Assembly: GCA_950097015.1 (NCBI GenBank)
Contig: CATNEN010000001.1
Span: 10,974,001-11,038,000 of the forward strand
DNA length: 64,000 nucleotides
Origin: Macrostomum hystrix
Taxonomy: Eukaryota; Animalia; Platyhelminthes
Direction of reading: 5' to 3'
Numbering within the stretch: the stretch's first letter is position 1; each line of letters opens with the position of its first letter. A program made the translations under genes and the position numbers. Shown piece by piece: positions 11,070 to 24,533 of the stretch. The notes under the pieces were generated by a model. The model saw only the letters and a program-made list of their open reading frames with translations, made no database searches and was not told the origin of the DNA.

Positions 11070-14000
11070 ATGGTTTCTGTAGGGTGGGACTTCCAATGCT
11101 TCAACTTGTCAAAAAAAACTATTTTTTCAGGCGTTCTCTCAGGAAGGCGGGCTCGACCTGTACAACTCGGTGTCTGCCGGGCCGGATTCTCTGCAGCTGC
11201 TGGACAGCGGCGAGTGCCTTTTCCTGGCTGCGGCTCATCGCACCTGCGCCAACCTGCTGGTGCTGGATAGGCGCGGCCAGGTGCTGCAGCAGAGACAGGC
11301 GAGTTCCGACACCTCACACTGGCGCTGGATTTTTAATCCAGTTCAACTTCATTTAATTCCATCCTATTCTAATCCGTTCCGATCTATTCAATTCCAATCC
11401 AATCCACTCCATTCCAATCCAAAAAATTCCAATCCAATCCATTCCATTCCAATCTATTCCAATCCAATTCAACAAATTCCAATCCAATCCATTCCATTCC
11501 GATCTATTCCAATGCAATCCATTCCAATCCATTCCAATCCAATCCATTCCAATCCAATCCAACAAATTCCAATCCAATCCATTCCATTCCAATTGTAGCA
11601 GACCTCTCAGCTCTCTCTCTCTATTTATTGGATTTGGGATTGGTGAGCTGAGTATTTGGGGGGGATGGTAGCGTAATTTATGAGGATGAGAGTAGGTATC
11701 TTCCACGAGTTCGGGTATACCCAAGGTAGCGCTAATGCCCGAGCGGCAAGACACTAGCTACTAAGGGGAACGGAATTTACTGCTGCTGGCACGAGGGCTA
11801 AGGTTACTGATCTGGGGCACACAGTCCGTGGGGCGTATTAGGATGGATTGAAGTTGCCTAGTGAGCGCTTTCACACTCTCACTTATTTTCTTCTATGGAG
11901 TCCGGGATTAGTATAATCTCATAAGGAGGATATAGGCTGAGTTTGGGACTTCAGGGGGGTATTTAGGGACTTCAGGTGGATTTCAGATAGACTTCAGGTG
12001 GATTGTAGGCAGGATTTTAGGATGGTATACCGGGATTTCAAAAGGATCGTAGGGTGGGTTTGGGTAAGGAAGGCCGACGAGAGATCTTTTGGGAGAGGAT
12101 TGGGAAGGTAAAGGAATTTAACTGTTATTCCTATTAGGAAAATGACTGAGGAACTCGGTTTATTTAACAGCAAAACACGGAAATAAGTAGGAAATGTTAT
12201 TGCTTGAGTTTATTATCGCTGAGAACGGGGGGAAGTCGGTTATCAGAGGGTTTAACATCGCATTGCATATATACACAAAAATGGGGTGGGTGCATAACCA
12301 GCAGGGGCGCATATAACGAGCAACGAGCGCTGCGTGATAAAACGATTAAAAGTTAGAGCATAAAAATGGCGGGAATTTAAATGATAAAAATCCTAATTTC
12401 TACACTGCCTCACAATCTATTCCATTCCAATCCATCCCAATCCATTCCAATCTATTCCATTCCATTCCAATCTATTCCATTCCAATCCATTCCAATCCAT
12501 TCCATTCCATTCCAATCCATCCCAATCCATTCCAATTCAATCCAATCCATCCCAATCCATTCCAATCTATTCCATTCCATTCCAATCTATTCCATTCCAT
12601 CCCAATCCAATCCAATCCATTCCATTCCAATCCATTCCAATCCATCCCAATCCAATCCAATCCATTCCATTCCAATCTATTCCATTCCAATCCATTCCAA
12701 TCCATCCCAATCCAATCCAATCCATTCCATTCCAATCCATTCCAATCCATCCCAATCCAATCCAATCCATTCCATTCCAATCCATTCCAATCCATCCCAA
12801 TCCATTCCAATCCAATCCATTCCAATCCAATCCAATCCATCCCAATCCATTCCAATCTATTCCATTCCATTCCAATCTATTCCATTCCAATCCATTCCAA
12901 TCCATCCCAATCCAATTCAATCCATTCCATTCCAATCCATTCCAATCCATCCCAATCCATTCCAATCCAATCCATTCCAATCCAATCCAATCCAATCCAT
13001 TCCATTCCAATCCATTCCAATCCATCCCAATCCATTCCAATCCAATCCATTCCAATCCAATCCAATCCATCCCAATCCATTCCAATCTATTCCATTCCAT
13101 CCCAATCCATTCCATTCCAATCCATTCCAATCCATCCCAATCCAATCCAATCCATTCCATTCCAATCCATTCCAATCCATCCCAATCCATTCCAATCCAA
13201 TCCATTCCAATCCAATCCAATCCATCCCAATCCATTCCAATCTATTCCATTCCATTCCAATCTATTCCATTCCAATCCATCCCAATCCAATTCAATCCAT
13301 TCCATTCCAATCCATTCCAATCCATCCCAATCCATTCCAATCCAATCCATTCCAATCCAATCCAATCCATCCCAATCCATTCCAATCTATTCCATTCCAT
13401 TCCAATCCAATCCATTCCAATCCAATCCAATCCATCCCAATCCATTCCAATCTATTCCATTCCATTCCAATCTATTCCATTCCAATCCATTCCAATCCAT
13501 CCCAATCCAATTCAATCCATTCCATTCCAATCCATTCCAATCCATCCCAATCCATTCCAATCCAATCCATTCCATTCCAATCTAATACATTCCAATCCAT
13601 TCCAATCCAATCCATTCCATTCTAATCTATTCCATTCCAATCCAATCCATTCCATTCCAATCTATTCCAATTCAATCCGTTCCAATCTATTCCAATCCAA
13701 CAAATTCCAATCTAACAAATTCCAATCCAACAAATTACAATCCAACAAATTACAATCCAACAAATTCCAATCCAATCCAATCCAGGTGGCTCCCCAGCCG
13801 GACGGTGTGACCTCGAGCGTCTCCACGGCCCCCCTGCTGCAGTGCCGCCTGGTGTCCGCCAACAGTCGCCACTTCCTGGTCCTGCTGACTCATCGGTCCG
13901 CCCAGTTCTTCGACGCCGATGGCACCGCCCTGCTGCTCTGCCACACAGTCAAAGGCGCCGCCGCGGCCGCCTCGCTGCCGTTGAAAGGTGTCTGCGGCCT

Positions 14001-15825
14001 GCCTGAGGCTGGCATCCTGTGCGTCGGCTCCGCCACCGGCGAGCTGCTGATTTTCGACTGTCCGCCAGGAGCCGGCCCGCTGTCATATCGCGGCAATCAG
14101 CCACTGGACGGTGCCAGTTCCTCCGTCAGCGTCCTGGTCTCGCTGGAGAATTCGCCGATTGGTGTCGGCGGCTTCGCTGCCGGCTTCGCAGACGGTCTCA
14201 TCTGCGTTGGCGCGATCAGCAGCGGCGGCAAGGCGCGAGTGCTGGCCAAGTGTCAGGCCGGAGCTGGCGCCGGCTGGCCTGTCAACGCGCTGGGACTGTT
14301 CAACGAAGGCGAGTACCTGATGGCCGGCTGCGGTGACGGCGGCCTGCGGGCCTTCCGCTGCGAAGGACTGGAGGTGATTCGATGCTTGACTCCTGGATAA
14401 ATTCAATTCAATACTTGCTCTGCTATGGGTTGAAGTCTCCGGGTAGGGTCACGAGTTCGAATCTGAAATGAGAACGAATTTTAATATAGTAAACTATCTT
14501 ATCTAAATGAGTATTATAATAATAATAATTGCAGGAGGGCTGCGGGCAATGGCACATCATTTAGTGACACTAGACCCGCAGCCAGCGAGAAGGCAATTCT
14601 GTCCAATTTCGCTGACTCCTGAGCACACACTCACACAGACTTTTTCATCGTCAGGCAGTGTACACTCTCACTGTGCCTTGGAGGTTTGCCCTCACATGCG
14701 TAACTTGCACGACAAGCCCCCAAGCCTTCTCTCCGCGGCTGCGCCCCAAATAAACGTGGCCTCGCCGCGGAATCGAACTTAGGGACCGTGGTGCCACTCA
14801 CCCCTTAAATAATTATCAAGTTCTATCCATTGGCTTTATATTTATAAGAGACAAATGGATCATCAAATCCTTCTCACCTGTCTAGCTGATGGCAGAAATC
14901 GGCGCCCACGCTCGCCTCATCACCGGCCTAGCCGTGTGCGACAAGACCGGCCTAATGATCACCTGCAGCGAGGATACCTCGTTCCGCGCCTGGCAGCTAT
15001 CCGACGAGGGTGGAAACCTGCTGGTTAGTGATCATGCTGTTCTCAAACCCTGTTTCCTAGTAGTTAGGACCTAACTACGACACTAAATACACACGGTGCT
15101 TTAAAACATGATAGTTTTTTAAAAAGAAAAGCATTTGTTTATTATCTTTGTGAAGTTGTCAATCCGATATGTGTTGAAAAGATACAACTACTGTCACCCA
15201 AAACAGGATTTGAATATTCTTCCGATATAGTAAAATTATGTTAAAACGTAACTGCATTCATTCATTAATTGGGGGTTCGGTGGCAGAGCGGTTATCGCGT
15301 TTGCCTCTCGCACCAAGGTCCGTAAGTTCGATTCCACTGCGAGGCCACATTTATTTGGGGCGCAGCCGCGGAGAGAAGGCTTGGTGGCTTGTCGTGCAAT
15401 TTACGCCATCGAGGGCCAACCTCCAAGGCACAGTAGGCACCGCCTGACACGCACACCTGTGTGCGTGTGTGCTCAGGAGTCAGCGTTGTGGGCAGAATTG
15501 CCTCCTCGCTGGCTGCGAGTCGAGTGTCACCAAATGATGCATGTTTAGAAAAAAGCATCTTCTGCTGTCCGATATGTATCGAAAAAAACTAAAATTTGAA
15601 GATCAAATGCATCAGAATTACGAATCTCCCATCCGATATGAATCGAATGAATGAACAAATCGAATCACAATTTACTGCCCATCGCGAATGCTCCAGATCA
15701 AGCACCTGAGCTGCACGGTGGTGCCCAACCAGATGCTGCAGGGCTGCGCCTTCATGCTGTCGGACCGTCGGCTGCTGACCGTGGCCTTCGAGAGCAACGA
15801 GATTCGAATCTTTGTGCGCAAATAA
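11070..15825 (+). CDS. WDR54: WD repeat-containing protein 54 (exons 11070-11072, 11131-11298, 13786-14373, 14886-15023, 15697-15825; ~341 aa)
   Basis: The spliced protein follows the WDR54 pattern as I recall it (QRQ; LVLLTHRS.Q.F..DG; ILCVGS..GELLIFD; IGAHARLI.GL; SEDTSF..WQLS; QMLQGCAF; EIRIF). All introns are phase 0. Intron 2 is GC-AG. Confidence 0.88.
11330..13785. repeat. Pentamer satellite (ATTCC/AATCC)n filling WDR54 intron 2, interrupted by an ~0.8 kb insert
   Basis: TCCAA/TCCAT units at 11330-11593 and 12413-13785. Confidence 0.95.
11594..12404 (-). mobile_element. Probable solo LTR inserted in the pentamer satellite
   Basis: Unique sequence bounded by TGTAG...CTACA, with a minus-strand AATAAA about 30 bp from the end. 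The TSD is ambiguous because the flanks are satellite. Confidence 0.5.
14514..14804 (-). mobile_element. tRNA-derived SINE family 2, copy A (WDR54 intron 3)
   Basis: Reverse complement of the copy at 15271. B box and (ATT)n tail are present; the head is partly deleted. Confidence 0.85.
15271..15543 (+). mobile_element. tRNA-derived SINE family 2, copy B (WDR54 intron 4)
   Basis: GGGGGTTCGG, A box TGGCAGAGCGG, B box GTTCGATTCC. The body is shared with the copies at 14514, 28391 and 35100. Confidence 0.85.
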
Positions 15826-16289
15826 TGCCGGCTGAAATTATCCTACTAGGTGGAGGCGGAAAATTCACAACTAACTGTTCCTTTGGCTTTTTCTGCAATA
15901 ATTGTTTTTGTTAGTTTTGTTCTGACATTCTCTCGTTTTTTCGTGTTCACAAATTTCGTGTTCACAAATAGCTTTGCTATTTTGTTCGGGCTGTGTGTCT
16001 GAAATCAAGTTTTCTAGATTTCGTTCTAGATTATTTTGAACTTTTAGAATCTTGTACTAGTTTTACATTTTCACCTGTTTTAATCCGTCCGCAAAATAGT
16101 GGTGTGTTTTTTTAACTCAATAGAGTCACAACTCCTGTTTTATAATCAATACTTTTTTCTAACTTTTCTTATAACAAAATAATACGATCAAGACTGAGGA
16201 TTACAAAATACCGCTACAGCTTAAAATAAATGTTTTTAATAGTTAAATTGTTGTTACTTTCTAAATCAAGCGAAACTTTCTAATTCTAC

Positions 16290-16443
16290 GATGAGTAGAG
16301 AATGAGTCGTTGAGTAGAGAATGAGTCGTTGAGTAGAGAATGAGTCGTTGAGTAGAGAATGAGTCGTTGAGTAGAGAATGAGTCGTTGAGTAGAGAATGA
16401 GTCGTTGAGTAGAGAATGAGTCGACGAGTAGAGAATGAGTCGA
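16290..16443. repeat. 19-bp minisatellite (GAGTAGAGAATGAGTCGTT)x~8
   Basis: Direct tandem copies. Confidence 0.95.
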
Positions 16444-16659
16444 TAAGTTAGAGAAAGGGACACAGGCCCAAACGGGAGGACTCAAAGTCTGATCAGTCAA
16501 AACCGAGTGGCAGAAATAAGTAACAGCACCAGCACTATGGTTGCTATGGAACGCTTTCTATAAATGAATGTTTGTTAAACCACGGTAAGATAAACTTGCA
16601 TTACAGCCAGTATAGAATCTCATCACACTTTGGAATCAACAAGAAGTTGACAGAAGCAA

Positions 16660-17680
16660 CAACAGGAGACACCTGTCTAACCTTAGACACACATGTCTAA
16701 AAGTAGGCACACCTGTCTAACAGCAGGCACACCTGCCTAACAGCAGGCACATTTCTCTAACAGTAGGCACACCTGCCTAACCTTAGACACACATGTCTAA
16801 CAGTAGGCACACCTGTCTAACAGCAGGCACACCTGTCTAACAGCAGGTAAACCTGTCTAACAGTAGGCACATTTCTCTAACAGTAGGCACACCTGTCTAA
16901 CAGCAGGCACACCTGTCTAACAGTAGGCACACCTGTCTAACAGCAGGCACACCTGTCTAACAGTAGGAACATTTCTCTAACAGTAGGCCCACCTGTCTAA
17001 CAGCAGGCACACCTAACAGTAGGTACACCTGTCTAACAGTAGGCCCACCTGTCTAACAGCAGGCCCACCTGTATAACAGCAGGCACACCTGTCTAACAGT
17101 AGGCCCACCTGTCTAACAGCAGGCCCACCTGTATAACAGCAGGCACACCTGTCTAACAGCAGGCACACCTGTCTAACAGTAGGTACACCTGTCTAACAGT
17201 AGTCACATTTGTCTAACAGCAGGTAAACCTGTCTAACAGTAGGCACATTTCTCTAACAGTAGGCACACCTGTCTAACAGTAGGCACACCTGTCTAACAGT
17301 AGGCACATTTCTCTAACAGTAGGCACACCTGTCTAACAGCAGGCACATTTCTCTAACAGTAGGCACACCTGTCTAACAGTAGGCACACCTGTCTAACAGC
17401 AGGTAAACCTGTCTAACAGTAGGCACATTTCTCTAACAGTAGGCACACCTGTCTAACAGCAGGCACACCTGTCTAACAGTAGGCACATTTCTCTAACAGT
17501 AGGCACACCTGTCTAACAGTAGGTACACCTGTCTAACAGTAGGCACATTTCTCTAACAGTAGGTACACCTGTCTAACAGTAGGCACATTTGTCTAACAGT
17601 AGGCACACCTGTCTAACAGTAGGCACACCTGTCTAACAGTAGGCACATTTGTCTAACAGCAGGTACAACTGTCTAAAAGT
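16660..17680. repeat. 20-bp minisatellite (AACAGTAGGCACACCTGTCT)n
   Basis: About 50 units. Confidence 0.95.
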
Positions 17681-18344
17681 TAAACTAACTTTATAGAAAC
17701 ACGGTCCTTTATAGGACAGAAAAACTTTCCGGTAAAATCAAATGGCCTATTATAGATGCGTTAAACTACGAAGTATTAGAAATTCATACCTATCTAATAT
17801 ATGCACCTGCTTATATTTTTTCCGTTTAAGTGCTGCAGATTTACAGTATTATGCAGTGCAGTACAGTTCTGGAAACGTGAGTTCTGAACTCTAACGTGAA
17901 CTAACCGTGAGGCGCGAGTACTTTCTCTAATCAATCGGTCTACTGCTATCGCTGCTAGCATCACCCGATTTATCTATTTGTCTTTAGTCATCTTTACTTC
18001 ATTGGTAAAATGTTGAAACAATTCAAGTCCATAGAATGGAAATCTGAAGTGAGATTCAGTGAGTATAGTTAACTAGATAGTTAAGAGGTTTGTATGCACA
18101 GTTGCACAGATCTGCAACGCATGCATTTAAATTTCCTGAAATAGAAAACTGAATTCAAGAAAACTTACTGAGCAGTTTTTTTATTTTCTTTTGTTCCTTT
18201 TAATGTTTGCTCAGCTTTTCAAGCTTTGGTAGGCTACGAAGTATGTTCTTGAATCAATAATCGATTGTTTGAAGCGGCTAACCAATGGATTTTAGTACGG
18301 CCATCAATTGGCAAAGTTCTGGTATAGACGTGATGAAGATTAAC

Positions 18345-18863
18345 AACACTGGCGGCTAGGCCTTTGATGATGCCGACTGCAATGAATCTACACTGACAGC
18401 TAGGCCTTTGATGATGCTGACTGCAATGAATCTACACTGACAGCTAGGCCTTTGATGATGCCGACTGCAATGAATCTACACTGACAGCTAGGCCTAGTTG
18501 ATGATGCCGACTGCAATGAATCACACTGACAGCTAGGCCTTTGATGATGCCGACTGCAATGAATCTACACTGACAGCTAGGCCTTTGATGATGCCGACTG
18601 CAATGAATCTACACTGACAGCTAGGCCTTTGATGATGCCGACTGCAATGAATCGACACTGACAGCTAGGCCTTTGATGATGCCGACTGCAATGAATCGAC
18701 ACTGACAGCTAGGCCTTTGATGATGCCGACTGCAATGAATCTACACTGACAGCTAGGCCTTTGATGATGCCGACTGCAATGAATCTACACTGACAGCTAG
18801 GCCTTTGATGATGCCGACTGCAATGAATCTACACTGACAGCTAGGCCTTTGATGATGCCGACT
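18345..18863. repeat. 44-bp minisatellite (ACACTGACAGCTAGGCCTTTGATGATGCCGACTGCAATGAATCT)x~12
   Basis: Direct tandem copies with no spacers. Confidence 0.95.
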
Positions 18864-19449
18864 TAAGTTCATAAGAACACCATAAATAAAAGTCAAACAA
18901 AAGTCGTTATGTTTTCACCGCTAAACTTGATTGCACTTTTTTAATCAAGGAATATAGTAGATAAAAGTGTAATTATTAGCATACATATCTGCTAAAAATT
19001 AATTTCAGGTTCGAGCTTAAATAGTTCATAATTCATAAAAAATGGTCAAAAAATCAACACTTAACTAAGCATATTGTACATAAATAAAAGATTATAAATC
19101 AACTAGATGGAAAGATATCAATTAGATATAAATTAACAAGAAATACAAAATATTGTAAATCAACAGGTAAGGCATCGTCAAAGCAATCGAATATGCAAAA
19201 AATATGCACAGTTTTGACAAAGAGAACAGTCTGCAAGAAATCTGAAGCCTCTAACATTTAGCAAATGCGCGAAAAACTACGTTATAAAGCCAGTCAGTCC
19301 GTATGGTTTGAGTTCATAAATATAAATATAAACAGCGACTTTGACAATTAAAAGAGTATTAAAAAACTATAAACAATTCATGATTGTAAATTGATTTCGT
19401 TTAGCATAAGCCAGAACTAAAAGGAGACAGAATTGAAAACTGTAATATA

Positions 19450-21325
19450 TAGGGATTGGAGGGCTGAGAGGAGCGAGTGTACATTGTGATCGATAGGGAT
19501 TGGAGGGCTGAGAGGAGCGAGTGTACATTGTGATCGATAGGGATTGGAGGGCTGAGAGGAGCGAGTGTACATTGTGATCGATAGGGATTGGAGGGCTGAG
19601 AGGAGCGAGTGTACATTGTGATCGATAGGGATTGGAGGGCTGAGAGGAGCGAGTGTACATTGTGATCGATAGGGATTGGAGGGCTGAGAGGAGCGAGTGT
19701 ACATTGTGATCGATAGGGATTGGAGGGCTGAGAGGAGCGAGTGTACATTGTGATCGATAGGGATTGGAGGGCTGAGAGGAGCGAGTGTACATTGTGATCG
19801 ATAGGGATTGGAGGGCTGAGGAGCGAGTGTACATTGTGATCGATAGGGATTGGAGGGCTGAGAGGAGCGAGTGTACATTGTGATCGATAGGGATTGGAGG
19901 GCTGAGAGGAGCGAGTGTACATTGTGATCGATAGGGATTGGAGGGCTGAGAGGAGCGAGTGTACATTGTGATCGATAGGGATTGGAGGGCTGAGAGGAGC
20001 GAGTGTACATTGTGATCGATAGGGATTGTAGGGCTGAGAGGAGCGAGTGTACATTGTGATCGATAGGGATTGGAGGGCTGAGAGGAGCGAGTGTACATTG
20101 TGATCGATAGGGATTGGAGGGCTGAGAGGAGCGAGTGTACATTGTGATCGATAGGGATTGGAGGGCTGAGAGGAGCGAGTGTACATTGTGATCGATAGGG
20201 ATTGGAGGGCTGAGAGGAGCGAGTGTACATTGTGATCGATAGGGATTGGAGGGCTGAGAGGAGCGAGTGTACATTGTGATCGATAGGGATTGGAGGGCTG
20301 AGAGGAGCGAGTGTACATTGTGATCGATGAAGATTGGAGGGCTGAGGAGCGAGTGTACATTGGGATCGATAGGGATTGGAGGGCTGAGGAGCGAGTGTAC
20401 ATTGGGATCGATGAAGATTGGAGGGCTGAGAGGAGCGAGTGTACATTGGGATCGATGAAGATTGGAGGGCTGAGAGGAGCGAGTGTACATTGGGATCGAT
20501 GAAGATTGGAGGGCTGAGAGGAGCGAGTGTACATTGGGATCGATAGGGATTGGAGGGCTGAGGAGCGAGTGTACATTGTGATCGATAGGGATTGGAGGGC
20601 TGAGGAGCGAGTGTACATTGTGATCGATAGGGATTGGAGGGCTGAGAGGAGCGAGTGTACATTGTGATCGATAGGGATTGGAGGGCTGAGAGGAGCGAGT
20701 GTACATTGTGATCGATAGGGATTGGAGGGCTGAGAGGAGCGAGTGTACATTGTGATCGATGAAGATTGGAGGGCTGAGGAGCGAGTGTACATTGGGATCG
20801 ATAGGGATTGGAGGGCTGAGAGGAGCGAGTGTACATTGGGATCGATGAAGATTGGAGGGCTGAGAGGAGCGAGTGTACATTGGGATCGATGAAGATTGGA
20901 GGGCTGAGAGGAGCGAGTGTACATTGGGATCGATAGGGATTGGAGGGCTGAGGAGCGAGTGTACATTGTGATCGATAGGGATTGGAGGGCTGAGGAGCGA
21001 GTGTACATTGTGATCGATAGGGATTGGAGGGCTGAGAGGAGCGAGTGTACATTGTGATCGATAGGGATTGGAGGGCTGAGAGGAGCGAGTGTACATTGTG
21101 ATCGATAGGGATTGGAGGGCTGAGAGGAGCGAGTGTACATTGTGATCGATGAAGATTGGAGGGCTGAGGAGCGAGTGTACATTGGGATCGATAGGGATTG
21201 GAGGGCTGAGAGGAGCGAGTCTACATTGGGATCGATAGGGATTGGAGGGCTGAGAGGAGCAAGTGTACATTGGGATCGTTAGGGATTGGAGGGCTAAGGA
21301 GCGAGTGTACATTGGGATCGATAGG
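19450..21325. repeat. 44/42-bp minisatellite (GATAGGGATTGGAGGGCTGAGAGGAGCGAGTGTACATTGTGATC)n downstream of the GT92 stop
   Basis: About 43 units with a higher-order pattern of variants. Confidence 0.95.
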
Positions 21326-21401
21326 TCGGGACAGTGTAAAATGTATCTAGTACTCGTGGTAGAAGCAATTCAACGAAATTCTCAAGACTTTAGCGCATAA
21401 A

Positions 21402-24400
21402 TCACAAGCAGATATCGACGCCAAACAGATTCTTGATTCGTTTCCTGGCGTCGCCAATGGCAGCAATAATCCCTGCCCTAAATGGATCAATAGAAGTGTC
21501 TTCAAGCATATCTCCAGCAGACCATTGGCGCATGTGGTGCAGCAGGCCTCCAGTGCTGGGGTCCAGCTGTTTGGTGCGACAATCATGCCAGCTCTTCCAA
21601 ACAAAATGAATGCCAATCTCTTTGATCTGTCTGGCCACCACTAGCAATTTGCTGCGCTCTGTGAATGGCAGCACAGCCTTGATGCGCTGCCGCCTGAGCA
21701 GGTTGGCGATCTGCAAGTCAAGGCGCATTGTCTGCGTGCAGGTCTTTGATCCAACCATGCTAAGTCCCAGATCCCACCATGCTAGTCCCAGATCCCACCA
21801 TGATAGTCCCAGATCCCACCATGATAGTCCCAGATCCCACCATGATAGTCCCAGATCCCACCATGCTATTCCCAGATCCCACCATGATAGTCCCAGATCC
21901 CACCATGATAGTCCCAGATCCCACCATGATAGTCCCAGATCCCACCATAATAGTCCCAGATCCCACCATGATAGTCCCAGATCCCACCATGATAGTCCCA
22001 GATCCAACCATGCTAAGTCCCAGATCCCACCATGCTAGTCCCAGATCCCACCATGGTAGTCCCAGATCCCACCATGCTATTCCCAGATCCCACCATGATA
22101 GTCCCAGATCCCACCATGATAGTCCCAGATCCCACCATGATAGTCCCAGATCCCACCATGCTATTCCCAGATCCCACCATGCTAGTCCCAGATCCCACCA
22201 TGCTATTCCCAGATCCCACCATGCTAGTCCCAGATCCCACCATGATAGTCCCAGATCCCACCATGCTATTCCCAGATCCCACCATGATAGTCCCAGATCC
22301 CACCATGCTAGTCCCAGATCCCACCATGCTATTCCCAGATCCCACCATGCTAGTCCCAGATCCCACCATGCTAGTCCCAGATCCCACCATGATAGTCCCA
22401 GATCCCACCATGATAGTCCCAGATCCCACCATGATAGTCCCAGATCCCACCATGATAGTCCCAGATCCCACCATGATAGTCCCAGATCCCACCATGATAG
22501 TCCCAGATCCCACCATAATAGTCCCAGATCCCACCATGATAGTCCCAGATCCCACCATGATAGTCCCAGATCCCACCATGCTAAGTCCCAGATCCCACCA
22601 TGCTAGTCCCAGATCCCACCATGCTAGTCCCAGATCCCACCATGCTATTCCCAGATCCCACCATGATAGTCCCAGATCCCACCATGATAGTCCCAGATCC
22701 CACCATGATAGTCCCAGATCCCACCATGATAGTCCCAGATCCCACCATGCTATTCCCAGATCCCACCATGCTAGTCCCAGATCCCACCATGCTAGTCCCA
22801 GATCCCACCATGATAGTCCCAGATCCCACCATGCTATTCCCAGATCCCACCATGATAGTCCCAGATCCCACCATGCTATTCCCAGATCCCACCATGCTAT
22901 TCCCAGATCCCACCATGCTAGTCCCAGATCCCACCGTGATAGTCCCAGATCCCACCATGCTAGTCCCAGATCCCACCATGCTATTCCCAGATCCCACCGT
23001 GATAGTCCCAGATCCCACCATGCTAATCCCAGATCCCACCATGCTAGTCCCAGATCCCACCATGCTATTCCCAGATCCCACCATGCTATTCCCAGATCCC
23101 ACCATGATAGTCCCAGATCCCACCATGATAGTCCCAGATCCCACCATGATAGTCCCAGATCCCACCATGATAGTCCCAGATCCCACCGTTATAGTCCCAG
23201 ATCCCACCATGATAGTCCCAGATCCCATGCTAGTCCCAGATCCCACCATGCTATTCCCAGATCCCACCGTGAATGTCCCAGATCCCATGCTAGTTCCAAA
23301 ATCCCACTAAGAGCTTACGATGATTGCGGGTTCAAAAATTACATGTCTCACCTTGCAGCCAGCAATATCGGCGGACAAGCCACCGGCCTCTTTAGAAGCT
23401 AAAGCAGCATTTGCAGCAGCACCCGGTGCCAGAGGCTGCTGCTGCTGCGGTGGAAAGACTCCATTGCGAAATCCCAAAGCACAGTAGCCTCCCATATCTT
23501 GAAGTGCATGAATTGTGGCGGCATTGCCCAGCGTTATAGCCTTCTGTTGTGGACCAACTGGCACAATGAATTCGTCAATGTCAATGAATGCAACCAGGCG
23601 ATATTTGTCTCTGGCTGAGTACAGACAGTCGTTCATGATCAGCATTTGGCCATGGTAGTGAATATCTTCGGTGTCAACCCCAGCAGCCAGAGACCAGGGA
23701 GTGAGACTGGCCCAGCCTAGACCAATGTAGTGCTTCAACACCCTGCTAGCGTGCATGGGCAGGCTCATGTTGTAAAAGAAGAAATGTTCCACACCCAGCA
23801 GGTGATTAACTTCAATGAATTCCACAAGGCGCATCGTGAATTGCATTTGTGTCTCCTCCTGGGCCACATAGCGCAGGGCGGTGATGCAAGCGGCTACACC
23901 GCTGCTGAAACCGGACACGTCAACCAATTGAACTGGCAAAGTCAGACTATTGCCTTTGGATCGGCTCGATGAAGCACCGTCGGCAGCTATTTGCACCTGG
24001 TAATAATTCGGATAATCGAATTTTACTGATGACGCTCCGCTATGTTTATTAATGAACTCTTTAGCAGGACAAAAGTACAACACGCCATCATAGGGCATTG
24101 AATGTCCTTCGTGCATTGCGTAATCATCCGCCAGCTGCCATTGCTGCTGTTGAATAACTAGAGCAGACTTACTACTAGTTAGTAGTAAGCAACAATGGAC
24201 TCTAGGCGGACTGGAAGATAAGCGATTGTTGAAATAGCCTACAATGACCACGGAGCCGAGGCTGGAGTCGTAGCGTGCTGAGAACAGAACAAGTAGAGGC
24301 TTGCCGCCAGGGCCGCTCAGCGCAACCCGAGGCTCGGGCTGCTTCGGTTGGAGCAGCAGCGCAGAGGATATTGTGACAGAGGAGACATTTGTGAGCAGCG

Positions 24401-24533
24401 GTGGCAGCGGAGGAATCGAATTGAAACTGTTAACGCTGACGAAATCGTAATGCAGGTACAGCAGATAGATTATGATGGAGGCAGCTAAAAACACGACTAG
24501 GAAAAGTACGCGCCTCCATTTTAGTGCTTTCAT
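21402..24533 (-). CDS. Glycosyltransferase family 92 (DUF23) type II Golgi protein; exons 24533-23352 and ~21743 (or 21710)-21402
   Basis: N-terminal signal anchor. Motifs LVEFIEVNHLLGVEHFFFYN, HYHGQMLIMNDCLY, VAFIDIDEFIVP (DxD), then RSKLLV, EIGIH and LLHHMR in exon 2. Donor AAG|GTGAGA is phase 0; several in-frame acceptors are possible. Confidence 0.88.
21745..23296. repeat. 21-bp minisatellite (CCCAGATCCCACCATGATAGT)n filling the GT92 intron
   Basis: About 73 units. Confidence 0.95.

Noticed and set aside
12381-13625. 414-aa SIPIHSNP ORF and antisense WIGMD ORFs
   Set aside because: Pentamer satellite inside the WDR54 intron.
18345-21325. 44-bp arrays as CRISPR arrays, or the 561-631-aa ORFs as genes
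   Set aside because: The units are contiguous with no unique spacers and there are no cas genes in this eukaryotic context. The ORFs are open in all three minus frames because the unit lacks stops.
21760-23402. SPRSHHD / VPDPTMI repeat proteins
   Set aside because: 21-bp minisatellite lying within the GT92 intron, bounded by a phase-consistent donor and acceptor.
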